Position numbers and translations under genes: made by a program. From assembly GCF_025643275.1 (NCBI RefSeq), contig NZ_CP089977.1:1-32000 (forward strand): a DNA stretch of 32,000 bases, written 5' to 3'. The DNA is from Moraxella nasicaprae (GTDB lineage Bacteria > Pseudomonadota > Gammaproteobacteria > Pseudomonadales > Moraxellaceae). The notes under the pieces were generated by a model. The model was not told the origin of the DNA and made no database searches. It worked only from the letters and a program-made list of their open reading frames with translations. Shown in pieces: positions 9,258 through 19,245 of this stretch (its first letter is position 1; every line of letters begins with the position of its first letter).

Positions 9258-10769
9258 TTACTTGTCTTTGTGACGCATGTGTGGGAACAATAGCACATCA
9301 CGAATGCTTGGTGCATTGGCAAAAAGCATCACAAGACGGTCGATACCAATACCCTGCCCTGCGGTCGGTGGCAAGCCGTATTCCAATGCTTCGATGAAAT
9401 CAGCATCATAATGCATCGCCTCATCATCGCCTGCATCTTTTTCGGCAACTTGCTGTTTAAAACGCTGTGCTTGGTCGATTGGGTCGTTCAATTCTGAAAA
9501 ACCATTGGCAAGCTCTCGACCACCGATGAACAGCTCAAAACGGTCGGTGATGTGCGGATTGTCATCATTGCGGCGAGCCAAAGGCGAAGTTTCGGCAGGA
9601 TATTCGGTCACAAAAGTTGGCTGACGCAATTTGGTTTCTACCGTTTCTTCAAAAACGATGGTTTGTAGTTTACCTAAGCCAAATGATGGCTTAACTTCTT
9701 CTTTTAGGGTTTCTTTGACAAAGTTTGCCAAAAATTCTCTGTCTTGGACATTATCAGCGGTAAACTGACTGTTGTGCTCCAAGATGGCATCAACCATAGA
9801 GATTTTTTTGAAAGGACCTTTGAAGCTGTACACCTCATCGCCATAAGGCAAATCAGTCGTCCCCAAAATATCTAGGGCTAATTTTTCAAACATTCTTTCT
9901 GTCAAGTTCATCAAATCTTTATAATCAGCATAGGCTTGATAAAACTCAATCATCGTAAATTCAGGATTATGGCGGGTAGATACGCCTTCATTTCTAAAAT
10001 TGCGGTTAATCTCAAAAACACGCTCAAATCCACCAACCACAAGGCGTTTTAGATAAAGCTCTGGGGCGATACGCAAAAACAGTTCCATATCAAGAGCATT
10101 GTGATGAGTGACAAAAGGACGAGCAGATGCACCACCTGGAATCACATGCATCATTGGCGTTTCAACTTCCATGAAGCGTTCGTTGGTCAAAAATGCACGC
10201 ACCCCAGCCACCACTTTGGCACGAATTTCGAAGGTTTTGCGAGATTCTTCATTGACAATCAAATCCAGATAACGCTGACGGTACTTGACTTCGGTGTCAT
10301 TTAGCCCATGAAATTTATCAGGCAATGGACGCAACGACTTGGTCAAAAGCTCAAAATGCTCCAAATGCACATACAAATCGCCTTTACCAGAACGACCAAT
10401 ATAACCCTGAGCGGCAACAATATCGCCCAAGTCCAATGATTTGATGGTGTCTAGGGTTTCATCGTCCAATCCTTTTCTGTCCACATATAGCTGGATACGA
10501 CCTGTCATGTCTTGAATGACGATGAATGAGCCACGATTGAGCATCACACGCCCTGCTACGGCAGCATAGACTTTGTCGCCATTTTCAATGGTTTGTTTGT
10601 CCACACCGTCAAATCTGGCTTGCAAGTCAGCCGCATAGTCCTCTCGTTTGAAAGTGTTTGGGTAGGCGGTTTTGCCTTTTGCTTGGGCTTTTTGTTGCAG
10701 TTCTTGCAATTTGGCGTGTCGCTGAGCAATAAGTTCGTTTTCGCTGATTTGGGTTTGGGTGTCTGACAT
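9258..10769 (-). CDS. lysS: Lysine--tRNA ligase (class II)
   Basis: 503-aa ORF with an OB-fold N-domain and class II motifs ([23 protein letters not shown]; [10 protein letters not shown]). Its stop is 24 nt upstream of the dnaX start. Confidence 0.96.
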   Translation of the reverse strand: MSDTQTQISENELIAQRHAKLQELQQKAQAKGKTAYPNTFKREDYAADLQARFDGVDKQTIENGDKVYAAVAGRVMLNRGSFIVIQDMTGRIQLYVDRKGLDDETLDTIKSLDLGDIVAAQGYIGRSGKGDLYVHLEHFELLTKSLRPLPDKFHGLNDTEVKYRQRYLDLIVNEESRKTFEIRAKVVAGVRAFLTNERFMEVETPMMHVIPGGASARPFVTHHNALDMELFLRIAPELYLKRLVVGGFERVFEINRNFRNEGVSTRHNPEFTMIEFYQAYADYKDLMNLTERMFEKLALDILGTTDLPYGDEVYSFKGPFKKISMVDAILEHNSQFTADNVQDREFLANFVKETLKEEVKPSFGLGKLQTIVFEETVETKLRQPTFVTEYPAETSPLARRNDDNPHITDRFELFIGGRELANGFSELNDPIDQAQRFKQQVAEKDAGDDEAMHYDADFIEALEYGLPPTAGQGIGIDRLVMLFANAPSIRDVLLFPHMRHKDK

Positions 10770-10885
10770 AATAAAGCCTTTTTGTTAATTTAATTGTCAA
10801 TGAATGATAAAATTGATGAGTTGTCAGTTCATCGGTCTGATGCCATTGATTTGACTTTATCATCAATCATGGTTTGCTGATGGCA

Positions 10886-11119
10886 TTACTGTTTGATTGT
10901 CCATTCGACCAATTTTAGCACCACAGGTCGTAGTAACGCCACACAACAAAAAGCGATGGGGAATGCAATGCCATACGCCCCCAGCACTCGTAAAAAATAA
11001 TTACCCTCAATGCCTGTATTGACCGCCACCAGCACCGATGACATCAAAAATGCCATCACGCCCGACATATAAAACGCAAACACCACAGGGGTAAATTTGG
11101 CAGGGATAAAACCTTTCAT
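10886..11119 (-). CDS. Small membrane protein, DUF2798-like
   Basis: Two hydrophobic helices (FTPVVFAFYMSGVMAFLMSSVLV; LGAYGIAFPIAFCCVALL) resemble the DUF2798 family from memory. The preferred start is the ATG at 11119 (MKGF...), 2 nt after the prfA stop. An alternative ATG at 11131 would overlap prfA. Confidence 0.6.
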   Translation of the reverse strand: MKGFIPAKFTPVVFAFYMSGVMAFLMSSVLVAVNTGIEGNYFLRVLGAYGIAFPIAFCCVALLRPVVLKLVEWTIKQ

Positions 11120-11120
11120 C

Positions 11121-12203
11121 CTACTCCCCACTCACACTCGCCATCAAATCCGCCTGATGCTCTCGCAATAGACTGTCTAGCAATTCACTCAAATCGCCCT
11201 CCATAATCGCATCAAGTTTGTAGAGGGTTAAGTTAATGCGATGGTCGGTCATTCGCCCTTGTGGGAAATTATAGGTGCGAATGCGTTCACTTCTATCGCC
11301 AGAACCCACCAAATTTCGTCTCATATCGCTCGTTGCGTCGATTTGAGCTTGGACTTTGGCTTGCTGGATTTTTGCCACCAGCATTTTCATCGCCTTATCT
11401 TTGTTGGCGTGTTGTGAGCGTTCTTGTTGGCATTCAGCAACCACGCCAGTCGGAATGTGCGTGATACGCACGGCAGAATCGGTGGTATTGACATGCTGAC
11501 CGCCTGCACCGCTAGAACGATAGGTGTCGATGCGTAAGTCAGCAGGATTGATTTCTACCGTTTCATCAATCTCAATCTCAGGCATGATGGCAACCGTGCA
11601 GGCAGAGGTATGTACTCGCCCCTGAGATTCTGTGGCTGGCACACGCTGTACACGATGAGCCCCAGATTCAAACTTTAAACGACCATAAACCCCCATGCCT
11701 GACACACGGCTGATGATTTCTTTATAGCCACCATGCTCGCCTTCATTGGCAGACAGCACTTCTACTTGCCAGCCTTGCGATTGAGCGTACTTTTGGTACA
11801 TTCTGAATAAATCGCCACTAAAAATCGCTGCTTCATCGCCACCTGTTCCTGCACGAATTTCTAAGAATGCAGTCGCTTTGTCATTGGGGTCTTTGGGCAA
11901 CATCAAGATATTGAGCTTATCGCCAAGTGCGTCAATGGTATTTTTGGCGGTCACAATTTCATCTTGGGCAAGCTCTTTCATGTCAGGGTCTAAGAGCATT
12001 TCATTGGCGGTTGCCAAATCTTCTTCGGCTTGCAAAAACGCCTGCCAAGTGCTAGTAATCTCGCTCAAATCACTGTGTTCTACTGACAGTTGGCGAAATT
12101 TTTTATTGTCTGAAATGACATCAGGGTCTGATAACAGATGGGTAATTTCTTCAAATCTATCAACCATCTGGTCAAGACGAAAACGCAACGATTCTTTCAT
12201 CAT
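11121..12203 (-). CDS. prfA: Peptide chain release factor 1
   Basis: 360-aa ORF with the RF1-specific PAT tripeptide ([10 protein letters not shown]) and the GGQ motif ([19 protein letters not shown]). Confidence 0.96.
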   Translation of the reverse strand: MMKESLRFRLDQMVDRFEEITHLLSDPDVISDNKKFRQLSVEHSDLSEITSTWQAFLQAEEDLATANEMLLDPDMKELAQDEIVTAKNTIDALGDKLNILMLPKDPNDKATAFLEIRAGTGGDEAAIFSGDLFRMYQKYAQSQGWQVEVLSANEGEHGGYKEIISRVSGMGVYGRLKFESGAHRVQRVPATESQGRVHTSACTVAIMPEIEIDETVEINPADLRIDTYRSSGAGGQHVNTTDSAVRITHIPTGVVAECQQERSQHANKDKAMKMLVAKIQQAKVQAQIDATSDMRRNLVGSGDRSERIRTYNFPQGRMTDHRINLTLYKLDAIMEGDLSELLDSLLREHQADLMASVSGE

Positions 12204-12399
12204 TTTTTAATCACTTATTTTCCAAGCAATAACCTGACTATTTTGCCATATTTTTGAAAATATTGCACCGCTTTTTGTGGCTTTTGTACAAGGATTTTGC
12301 TAGGATAAAGTCAAATCATGGGCTTTTTGTCGTAAAAGTGGATTTTATGATGATGTCCATCACTATTTTATTCATGTGATTTTAACCATATTTTAAAAA

Positions 12400-12948
12400 A
12401 TGACCAATTTGCCAGACACTCACTTTAATCCCAAAAAAATTCTCATCATCGGTGCTGAATGCACGGGCAAATCGACCCTTGCTCAGACTTTGGCAACGGT
12501 TTTTGATGGTGTGTATGTCAGCGAATATATGCGAACCTATTTGGCACAAAAACCTGATGGTTATCTTTGCCAGTACGATGATTTGATACCAATCGCCCAA
12601 GGGCAAATCAGACAAGAACAACAGGCAAGCCATCAAGGTAAACCTTATCTGTTTTGCGACACATCATTGTTGTTATTGCAAGTATATAGTGAGCATTATT
12701 TTGGTCGTTGCCCGCAATGGATTGTTAATAAAATCAAAGAGCTGTACTATGATTTGATACTTTTGACGGATAATCGTGGTGTGGTATGGCAGGCAGACGG
12801 TCAAAGGGATTTGCCTGATGGGCATGACATGATTCATCAAGCCATTTTGACACAGTTGGCAAGTCGTCATTTGCCCTATGTTGCCATCAGTGGCACGCCT
12901 GATGAGCGACTTGCCCAAGTACGCCAATGCTTGTTGGGCGATGTGTAA
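12400..12948 (+). CDS. P-loop ATPase/kinase resembling the NadR ribosylnicotinamide-kinase domain (AAA_28-like)
   Basis: 182-aa ORF with Walker A IIGAECTGKST followed by YVSEYMR, as in the C-terminal domain of NadR. It has no HTH or NMN-adenylyltransferase domain. Confidence 0.65.
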   Translation: MTNLPDTHFNPKKILIIGAECTGKSTLAQTLATVFDGVYVSEYMRTYLAQKPDGYLCQYDDLIPIAQGQIRQEQQASHQGKPYLFCDTSLLLLQVYSEHYFGRCPQWIVNKIKELYYDLILLTDNRGVVWQADGQRDLPDGHDMIHQAILTQLASRHLPYVAISGTPDERLAQVRQCLLGDV

Positions 12949-13035
12949 AATTTTGTTATATTAACGAATTTTGAGCGACTTGCATGGCTTTTTGGATTAT
13001 AATATCCAAATGATGATTCATAATAGGAAAAGACC

Positions 13036-13800
13036 ATGATTGCCAAACGCCCTACTTTTGCCATTGCTTTATTGCCATTGGTTGGTGTCAATGCACCATC
13101 GACACAGTTATCCATCGATGATACCGCTCGTCTGCGTGTTGGTATGAATGCAACTTATCACAGCAGTAGCTATGCTGCCGATGATGGTGTTGAAGTGATG
13201 CCACAGGCGTTTTTTGATAACAATCGTTGGTACATTGAAGGAGCGGAAGCAGGCTATTATCCGTTCAAATCAGACCAGCATCATCTGCGTACAGGCATCA
13301 GCTATGATGGTCGTAGTTTTGACCATGATGATGCCAAGACAGACGCATTAAGACAGCTTGATGACCGTCAATGGTCTGCCAATGCTTATGCCAGTTATAT
13401 GTATGTCAGCCCTTATGGGGGATTTAAGGCAAAAGTTGGTACAGACATCACAGGTCGTCATCATGGTCAAAGTGTCAGTCTGTCACACCTAAGCAAATTT
13501 AATAAAGAAAAGCTAACCATCTATCCTGAATTTGGGGCGATTTGGTACAGCAAAAAGTACAATGACTACTATTATGGCATCTCATCAGCAGAAAGCGTGC
13601 GTAGCGGTCTAAATACCTATCAAGCAGGCAGTGGTGTTTCGCCCTTTGCAACCGTCACCGCCAGCTATCAGCTTAATGACCAAATCAGTATTTTTGGCAA
13701 TCAACGCCTAGAATGGCTATCTTCTGCTCAAAAAAACAGCCCAATGACCGATGGTTCACTAGATAGCAAAACCAGATTGGGCATCAACTATCAATTCTAA
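13036..13800 (+). CDS. MipA/OmpV-family outer-membrane protein
   Basis: 254-aa ORF preceded by AGGAAAAG. It has a signal-like N-terminus, alternating beta-strand pattern, a YYYGIS motif typical of MipA proteins, and the C-terminal aromatic signature ...GINYQF. Confidence 0.75.
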   Translation: MIAKRPTFAIALLPLVGVNAPSTQLSIDDTARLRVGMNATYHSSSYAADDGVEVMPQAFFDNNRWYIEGAEAGYYPFKSDQHHLRTGISYDGRSFDHDDAKTDALRQLDDRQWSANAYASYMYVSPYGGFKAKVGTDITGRHHGQSVSLSHLSKFNKEKLTIYPEFGAIWYSKKYNDYYYGISSAESVRSGLNTYQAGSGVSPFATVTASYQLNDQISIFGNQRLEWLSSAQKNSPMTDGSLDSKTRLGINYQF

Positions 13801-13860
13801 CAGTTCGAACCCTTGCATTAGCCTGATGGCTTACTGTGAGTGTCTTATTTTCAATCCAAC

Positions 13861-13890
13861 ACACCCCTACTGATGGGGTGTTGTTGTATT
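13861..13890 (+). terminator. Candidate terminator hairpin after the MipA-family gene
   Basis: 7-bp stem ACACCCC (13861-13867) / GGGGTGT (13876-13882), followed by the moderately T-rich TGTTGTATTCTT. It overlaps the stop codon of the convergent small ORF. Confidence 0.4.
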
Positions 13891-14037
13891 CTTGTGATTT
13901 AACTGGGCTTGTTGTGCTTCGTATGCCTGTTTTTCTTTGGCGTAGATTTCATAGACACAGTTGTCGCCACAGCCACTTTGGCAACACTCCCAATCTTCTG
14001 GCGGTTCTGGCTTGCTCAATAATGTTTGATGGTTCAT
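13867..14037 (-). CDS. Small Cys-motif protein (56 aa), oxidoreductase-like domain (Oxidored-like/OXLD1-type motif)
   Basis: Hand-translated minus-strand ORF, shorter than the 60-aa track cutoff: MNHQTLLSKPEPPEDWECCQSGCGDNCVYEIYAKEKQAYEAQQAQLNHKNTTTPHQ*. The P-P-x-x-x-x-CC-x-SGC-x-x-CV-[WY]-x-x-Y pattern matches this domain family as I remember it. The Shine-Dalgarno sequence is weak. Confidence 0.65.
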   Translation of the reverse strand: MNHQTLLSKPEPPEDWECCQSGCGDNCVYEIYAKEKQAYEAQQAQLNHKNTTTPHQ

Positions 14038-14091
14038 GTCATGCACTTAGCGATTCAATGATGGTTTAATAACCAAACTCAATGATGGATA

Positions 14092-14129
14092 AAATCAAAA
14101 AGCGTCCAGAAAACCGAACGCTTTTTTTG
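14092..14129 (-). terminator. Rho-independent (bidirectional-looking) terminator downstream of ilvE
   Basis: On the minus strand: AGCGUUCGG-UUUU-CUGGACGCU hairpin (two G-U pairs) followed by UUUUUGAUUUU. On the plus strand the same hairpin is followed by seven T. Confidence 0.8.
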
Positions 14130-14134
14130 GGATA

Positions 14135-15067
14135 TTATTCGTCAATGAAACTTAGATAATGCTTATACTGTTCATTGCGACCTTGCACCACATCAAAATA
14201 CAAAGTTTGTAGTTTTTCGGTGATTTCGCCACGACCGCCATTACCAATCACACGGTCGTCATATTCACGAATCGGTGTCACTTCGGCAGCCGTACCTGTC
14301 ATGAAGATTTCGTCCGCCAAATAAAACTCATCACGAGTAATACGGCGTTCAACCACTTTGATACCCAAATCTTGGGCAAACTCAATGATGGTGCGGCGAG
14401 TGATGCCGTCCAATGCACCACCTGCAAGGTCTGGCGTATGCAGTTCGCCATCTTTGACCAAGAATAGGTTTTCACCAGAACCTTGACAAACATAACCTTG
14501 TGGGTCCATCAAGATGGCTTCATCATAGCCGTTGCGAGTCACTTCTTGGTTGGCAAGGATAGACACTGGATAATTGCTGGCGGCTTTGGCTTTACACATC
14601 GTGACATTTGGATGGTGGTGTGTGTAGCTTGATGTTTTGACACGAATGCCGTTTTTAATACCATCTTCGCCCAAATAAGCACCCCAATGCCATGCTGCAA
14701 CTGCCGCATGAATGCTGTTATCCTTTGAGGCGATGCCCAATTTTTCAGAACCCACCCAAATCAACGGACGAATATAAGCTGATGATAGATTGTTGGCACG
14801 CACCACATCTTTTTGAGCTTGAATCAGTTCATCATAACTGTATGGCACATTCAACTGAAAGATGCGAGCAGAGTTTAGCAGTCGTTTGGTATGCTCTTCT
14901 AGGCGGAAAATGGCGGTGCGACCATCTGGGGTCTGGTAAGCACGCACGCCTTCAAATACTGCCAAGCCATAGTGCAAACTGTGTGTCAGTACATGCACTT
15001 TGGCTTCTGGCTGTTCAAGCATCTGGCCATCAAGCCATAATTTACCAGGTTGGGTTGCCATATTCAT
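14135..15067 (-). CDS. ilvE: Branched-chain-amino-acid aminotransferase (class IV)
   Basis: 310-aa ORF. AKVHVLTHSLHYGLAVFEGVRAY and SAYIRPLIWVG align closely with E. coli IlvE. AAGGAA lies 7 nt upstream of the ATG. Confidence 0.95.
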   Translation of the reverse strand: MNMATQPGKLWLDGQMLEQPEAKVHVLTHSLHYGLAVFEGVRAYQTPDGRTAIFRLEEHTKRLLNSARIFQLNVPYSYDELIQAQKDVVRANNLSSAYIRPLIWVGSEKLGIASKDNSIHAAVAAWHWGAYLGEDGIKNGIRVKTSSYTHHHPNVTMCKAKAASNYPVSILANQEVTRNGYDEAILMDPQGYVCQGSGENLFLVKDGELHTPDLAGGALDGITRRTIIEFAQDLGIKVVERRITRDEFYLADEIFMTGTAAEVTPIREYDDRVIGNGGRGEITEKLQTLYFDVVQGRNEQYKHYLSFIDE

Positions 15068-15104
15068 AAAAAATTCCTTGTGTGTTTAAGATAAATGCGA
15101 CCTG

Positions 15105-15133
15105 ATTATAGCATTGTTCTTGGGCTTTGTAAT
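15105..15133 (-). promoter_or_regulatory. Candidate sigma70 promoter for ilvE
   Basis: On the minus strand: ATTACA (15133-15128), a 17-nt spacer, then a perfect TATAAT (15110-15105), about 38 nt upstream of the ilvE ATG. This is pattern match only. Confidence 0.4.
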
Positions 15134-15212
15134 GTCTTTTTTTGGACAAATTTGATATTTTTTTATGAAAAAATCATTTGACAAAACTTTTGGTTTTTAT
15201 AAATTAAACCAA

Positions 15213-18035
15213 TCATTCTGGCAAATCATCATGCTCAAAGGTTTGTTGCCAAACTGTCTGTACATACATACGCAGTTGATGCCAAGCGGTCTCATCAACA
15301 ATGCTGGTCTGCTCTAACAGTGCCAGCTCGTGTGTTTTTTTGCGTAAATCCAAATAGGCTTGGGTTAATTTTTGGCATTGTTCCAGTGTCCAGATGCCTG
15401 CATTGGCAAGCTCTTCAAAGATACGCACATTATCCGACCAAACCGCCAGATTTGGTGCAAGATGTGCATGGCTTAGCACCATAAATTGTGCCAAAAATTC
15501 GATATCTACCAGCCCACCAAAATCCTGTTTGAGGTGAAATTGTTGGACTTGACCGTGATGGTTGTTGGGTTTTGTGCCAAGATGTGATTGCATTTTTTGA
15601 CGCATTTGCAGCACATCTTGTTTGACTTGGCTAAGCTCCCTAGATTGCGTCAGTACGGCTTTACGAATGCGGTCAAATTCTGCCAAGACCATCTTATCGC
15701 CACAGATGGCTCTGGCTCGCACCAATGCTTGATGCTCCCATGCCCATGCTTTATCGTGTTGATAATGCTCAAATCCAGCCACCGAACTGACCGCCACACC
15801 AGCATTGCCAGAGGGTCGCAGGCGAGTGTCAATCTCATAGGCTCGCCCATCTCGGGTCTGAGTAGCAAGATAAGTCATGATTTTTTGTACCAAGCGAGCG
15901 GCAAATTTCATGCCACTGATGGGTTTGTCGCCATCGGTTTGGGCATTTTCGTTAATGCGATGCAAAAATACCAAATCCAAATCAGAAGCATAACTCATCT
16001 CCAAGCCACCCAGTTTGCCATAGCCAATGATGGCAAACCCACAAGCATCAGGCGTGCTTCTTTGACCATCTTGCAATAGTGGATAGCCGTGTTTTTGACC
16101 CAATTCATAAAACGCACGATGCAAGGCGGATTCTAGCACCACTTCTGCAATGAAAGTGAGGCTATCCGAGACTTTCATGATGTGTCTTAGTCCAAGCACA
16201 TCGGCAGTCGCCACAGCCAATACTTGATTTTTTTTGAACAAACGAATGACATTTAGGTAGCCTTCGTCATCAAAAGGCTCTACTCTAAGCAAATTTTGGC
16301 GTAAAATATCGCTTAATTCGGTCTTGTCAGGCAGATATAAATAGCGTTTTTGTAAAAAAGTATCCAGTAATACAGGATAATGTGCCAGTTCTTTGGCAAT
16401 CCAAGGACTTGCTGACAACATCGGAATGAGCCTGATGGTTGCGTCTGGATTTTCGGTCAGCATGATTAAATAAATGGAACGGCGACAAATCGCTTCTAGC
16501 AGCTCAATCAGTCTGGGCAAGGCTTCGCTGGCAGCTTGCACGCCATTTTGTTTGGCGTGATTGGATAAGGCGTGCAAAATAATGGGATAGGCGTTTTTGA
16601 GGCGATCTTTGGCAACATCGTCCAAAGAAGTCACCAAACGAGATTGGGTAAACTGTGTCCAAATCGCCATCGTCTCATCGCCCAGACTTTCTTGTAGCGA
16701 TTCTTCAATCTGGGTCAAATCAAGATTTTCTTGGTGTGGCGATTGCCTGTCGGTAATCATACGCCCAAAAGGACGGCTGACATTTTGGCGATGGGCTTCT
16801 AGTACAGAGCGAAAGGCAGCGATGGATTCAAACCCCAAAGTCTTGGCAAGGGCATTGAGTTCATCAGGGTCGCTGGGTAGTTTTTGACTTTGCTGGTCGT
16901 GTCGTGCCTGAATGGCGTGCTCCAAACGACGAAAAAACCGATACGCCGCAGACAGTTGCTCGCTTTCTTGGGGGTCGATATAGCCAAATTTGGTCAATGC
17001 TGACAAACACGCCAAGCAGGCAGAATCTGCCACGATGGGCAAATGATGACCGCCATAAATCAGGGCAAATGCCTGCACAATAAACTCAATATCACGAATC
17101 CCACCCATGCCCAGCTTGACATTATCTAGGTCTTGGCGTTGGATTTGCTGATTGATAATCATCGCTTTCATTTCACGCAAGGCACTAAATGCACTATAAT
17201 CAATGTAGTAGCGATGTACAAAATTTTTGATGCTTTGGGTCAGTTGATTGGCAAATTCATCGCTGACGGTATTAACGATACGAGCTTTTAGCCAAGCAAA
17301 TCGCTCCCAAGTGCGTCCGTGCTGGTCGAAATATTTTTGCAAAGCGGGCAAATGTATCACTAATGGCGAACCATCGCCCCAAGGACGCAGACGCATGTCC
17401 ACTCGAAATACAAAGCCATGCTCAGTATTCTCGTCTAGCAAACGAATCACGCCCCGCCCCAAATCTTTCATAAATTTGTGCGTATCGATACATTTTTTGC
17501 CGTCAGTCTCGCCATTACCAAGATGCACAAACACCAAATCAATGTCGCTGGATAAATTGAGTTCTTTGGCACCCAGTTTGCCCATGGCAATGATGGCAAG
17601 TTCATCATTGATGAGTTTGTGTTTTTGGCGAATGATGGGGTTGCCGTAGCGAGCGATGAGCTTTTGGGCGACGAAGTTTTTGGCAAAAGAAATACACGCA
17701 TCAGCAAAGTCTGATAACTGCCCTGTCAATTCTTCCAGCTCAATCTCGCCCAACGCATCTTGCCAAATCCATTTGACCATCAACCAATGGCGAAGTTGTC
17801 TAAGCCCTGACATTGCTTGTTGTTCGTCCATATCAATGAGCGTATCAGCATCGGCATGAGTAAATTTGGCAATCAAGTCATCAAAATCATGGTAAGATAA
17901 TGATGACTGCCAACCAACAACGCCCAAAAATTCATCAATTTGGGTTTGATTTTTTTGATAAACCTGCCATGCAAAAGGACTGGCAAGTTGTAACATCTCC
18001 AACTGTTCACCGCTAGGCACAAATGCTTGGGTCAT
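15213..18035 (-). CDS. glnE: Bifunctional glutamine synthetase adenylyltransferase/adenylyl-removing enzyme
   Basis: 940-aa ORF with two nucleotidyltransferase modules (GKLGAKELNLSSDIDLVF and GKLGGLEMSYASDLDLVF), each followed by a GlnE-type helical domain. Confidence 0.95.
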   Translation of the reverse strand: MTQAFVPSGEQLEMLQLASPFAWQVYQKNQTQIDEFLGVVGWQSSLSYHDFDDLIAKFTHADADTLIDMDEQQAMSGLRQLRHWLMVKWIWQDALGEIELEELTGQLSDFADACISFAKNFVAQKLIARYGNPIIRQKHKLINDELAIIAMGKLGAKELNLSSDIDLVFVHLGNGETDGKKCIDTHKFMKDLGRGVIRLLDENTEHGFVFRVDMRLRPWGDGSPLVIHLPALQKYFDQHGRTWERFAWLKARIVNTVSDEFANQLTQSIKNFVHRYYIDYSAFSALREMKAMIINQQIQRQDLDNVKLGMGGIRDIEFIVQAFALIYGGHHLPIVADSACLACLSALTKFGYIDPQESEQLSAAYRFFRRLEHAIQARHDQQSQKLPSDPDELNALAKTLGFESIAAFRSVLEAHRQNVSRPFGRMITDRQSPHQENLDLTQIEESLQESLGDETMAIWTQFTQSRLVTSLDDVAKDRLKNAYPIILHALSNHAKQNGVQAASEALPRLIELLEAICRRSIYLIMLTENPDATIRLIPMLSASPWIAKELAHYPVLLDTFLQKRYLYLPDKTELSDILRQNLLRVEPFDDEGYLNVIRLFKKNQVLAVATADVLGLRHIMKVSDSLTFIAEVVLESALHRAFYELGQKHGYPLLQDGQRSTPDACGFAIIGYGKLGGLEMSYASDLDLVFLHRINENAQTDGDKPISGMKFAARLVQKIMTYLATQTRDGRAYEIDTRLRPSGNAGVAVSSVAGFEHYQHDKAWAWEHQALVRARAICGDKMVLAEFDRIRKAVLTQSRELSQVKQDVLQMRQKMQSHLGTKPNNHHGQVQQFHLKQDFGGLVDIEFLAQFMVLSHAHLAPNLAVWSDNVRIFEELANAGIWTLEQCQKLTQAYLDLRKKTHELALLEQTSIVDETAWHQLRMYVQTVWQQTFEHDDLPE

Positions 18036-18136
18036 AAAGATAATCCTAATCCATTCATCATCATTAAAATCTTTTGATGCTTATTTTACACCAAAAATTA
18101 GGTTATAATAACTAAAAATTTATGGGGTCATACAAT

Positions 18137-18517
18137 ATGCACACCTTAGTTCTCGTTACCAGCATACCGCACAGCCGTCAAGCATGGCAGGCGGTCAAAT
18201 TTGTCAGTCAGCAGTTGGCAGACAAGCAGTCTGTATCCGTATTTTTTTATGGCGACGCTGCCTATACCGCCAACCGCTTGGCATGGCAAACCGCCGATGT
18301 GCCAAGCCTTAGTCAAGCGTGGGTAACATTGGCTCATCAGTACAATCTAAAACTACCCGTCTGTGTCAGCACTGCCCTAGCTCGTGGCATCAGCGATGGC
18401 GAAAACAGCCAAAGACATCAGCTTGATGGCGACAATTTACTCTCGCCCTTTTATTTGGCTGGCTTGTCCGAATTGGCTTTATTGATTGATGATGACACGA
18501 CTGTTGTACAATTTTAG
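18137..18517 (+). CDS. tusD: Sulfurtransferase TusD (DsrE family)
   Basis: MHTLVLVTS... aligns with the E. coli TusD N-terminus. The active-site Cys context is conserved (LPVCVSTALARG versus E. coli NICVAAALRRG), and the C-terminus ends ...VVQF. The upstream in-frame ATG at 18122 lacks a Shine-Dalgarno sequence. Confidence 0.8.
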   Translation: MHTLVLVTSIPHSRQAWQAVKFVSQQLADKQSVSVFFYGDAAYTANRLAWQTADVPSLSQAWVTLAHQYNLKLPVCVSTALARGISDGENSQRHQLDGDNLLSPFYLAGLSELALLIDDDTTVVQF

Positions 18518-18526
18518 GTGTGTTCT

Positions 18527-18832
18527 ATGAAATTTTTAATCAACATCAGCACAGACAGTGAATTGATTGGCTATGAAGCCATCGCTTTGGCTTTTACTTT
18601 GGCAAGTTTTGACCATCAGGTACAGCTGCATTTTGATGGTGGCAGTCATCATTTATTGACCGATGATACCAGTAGGCTTTATGGCATGGTGCAATCATTG
18701 GCGTTGTACGACTTGCCCCCTGCTTGGCACGGCTTCACCCCAGAGGTGTTGGCAACCTTTGATACCAAGATTTTGGCAGTTTTTGGGGAAAAAACCGCTG
18801 ATGATACAGTTGAGACGGTCTTAAATTTTTAG
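18527..18832 (+). CDS. tusC: TusC-like (DsrF family) sulfur-relay subunit
   Basis: 101-aa ORF. MKFLINIS..GYEAIALAF, LALYDL and C-terminal ...VLNF parallel E. coli TusC (..GLYDI.., ..ILRF). The ATG at 18527 is preceded by AGGTG. The track's GTG at 18518 abuts the tusD stop and is less likely. Confidence 0.65.
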   Translation: MKFLINISTDSELIGYEAIALAFTLASFDHQVQLHFDGGSHHLLTDDTSRLYGMVQSLALYDLPPAWHGFTPEVLATFDTKILAVFGEKTADDTVETVLNF

Positions 18833-18841
18833 GAAATACAC

Positions 18842-19162
18842 ATGGATAATTTACCAAAATTAGACAATGATGGTCATCTGGTCAATCATCTAGACTGGAA
18901 TGAAACGGTGGCACAAACTTTGGCGGACAGCTTGGGTGTGGTGCTTGAACCAATTCATTATCGTGTGATTGAGCAAGTGCGTGCGTTCTTTGAGCAGTTT
19001 CATCACAGCCCAGCCACTCGCCCATTGATTAAACATTTGGCAGCAACTTTACCCGATGATGAAATTAACAATCAAAAGCTACAAGCCCTATTTAATACAG
19101 GGCTGGTCGCTCGTCATGTCAATCGCATCGCAGGCTTGCCAAAACCACCAAATTGTCTATGA
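18842..19162 (+). CDS. tusE: Sulfurtransferase TusE (DsrC family)
   Basis: 106-aa ORF with the DsrC/TusE C-terminal signature RIAGLPKPPNCL (a conserved Cys two residues from the end). Confidence 0.85.
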   Translation: MDNLPKLDNDGHLVNHLDWNETVAQTLADSLGVVLEPIHYRVIEQVRAFFEQFHHSPATRPLIKHLAATLPDDEINNQKLQALFNTGLVARHVNRIAGLPKPPNCL

Positions 19163-19245
19163 GTTTTGTGATTATGATGAATTCAATGATTTTAAAATTA
19201 AGAGAAAGCGGCACAAGAAATATTGCTTGATTTAAGCCAATAAAG

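Noticed and set aside
10838-10885. Inverted repeat TGATGCCAT / ATGGCATTA downstream of the DUF2798 gene, considered as a terminator
   Set aside because: It has only about 7-8 bp of stem with a loop of roughly 27 nt and no following T-tract. It is too weak to call a terminator and may be a coincidental repeat.
13798-13815. GTTCGAACC string resembling a tRNA T-arm
   Set aside because: It is just a TTCGAA palindrome overlapping the stop of the MipA-family gene. There is no surrounding acceptor, D or anticodon arm structure. I found no tRNA or rRNA signature anywhere in the window.
13836-14069. 77-aa plus-strand ORF in the gap between the MipA-family gene and ilvE
   Set aside because: It has no Shine-Dalgarno sequence and no recognisable motif. 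It begins within the hairpin that probably terminates the upstream gene. The opposite strand carries a conserved-looking CCxSGCxxCV-motif ORF that explains the open frame better.
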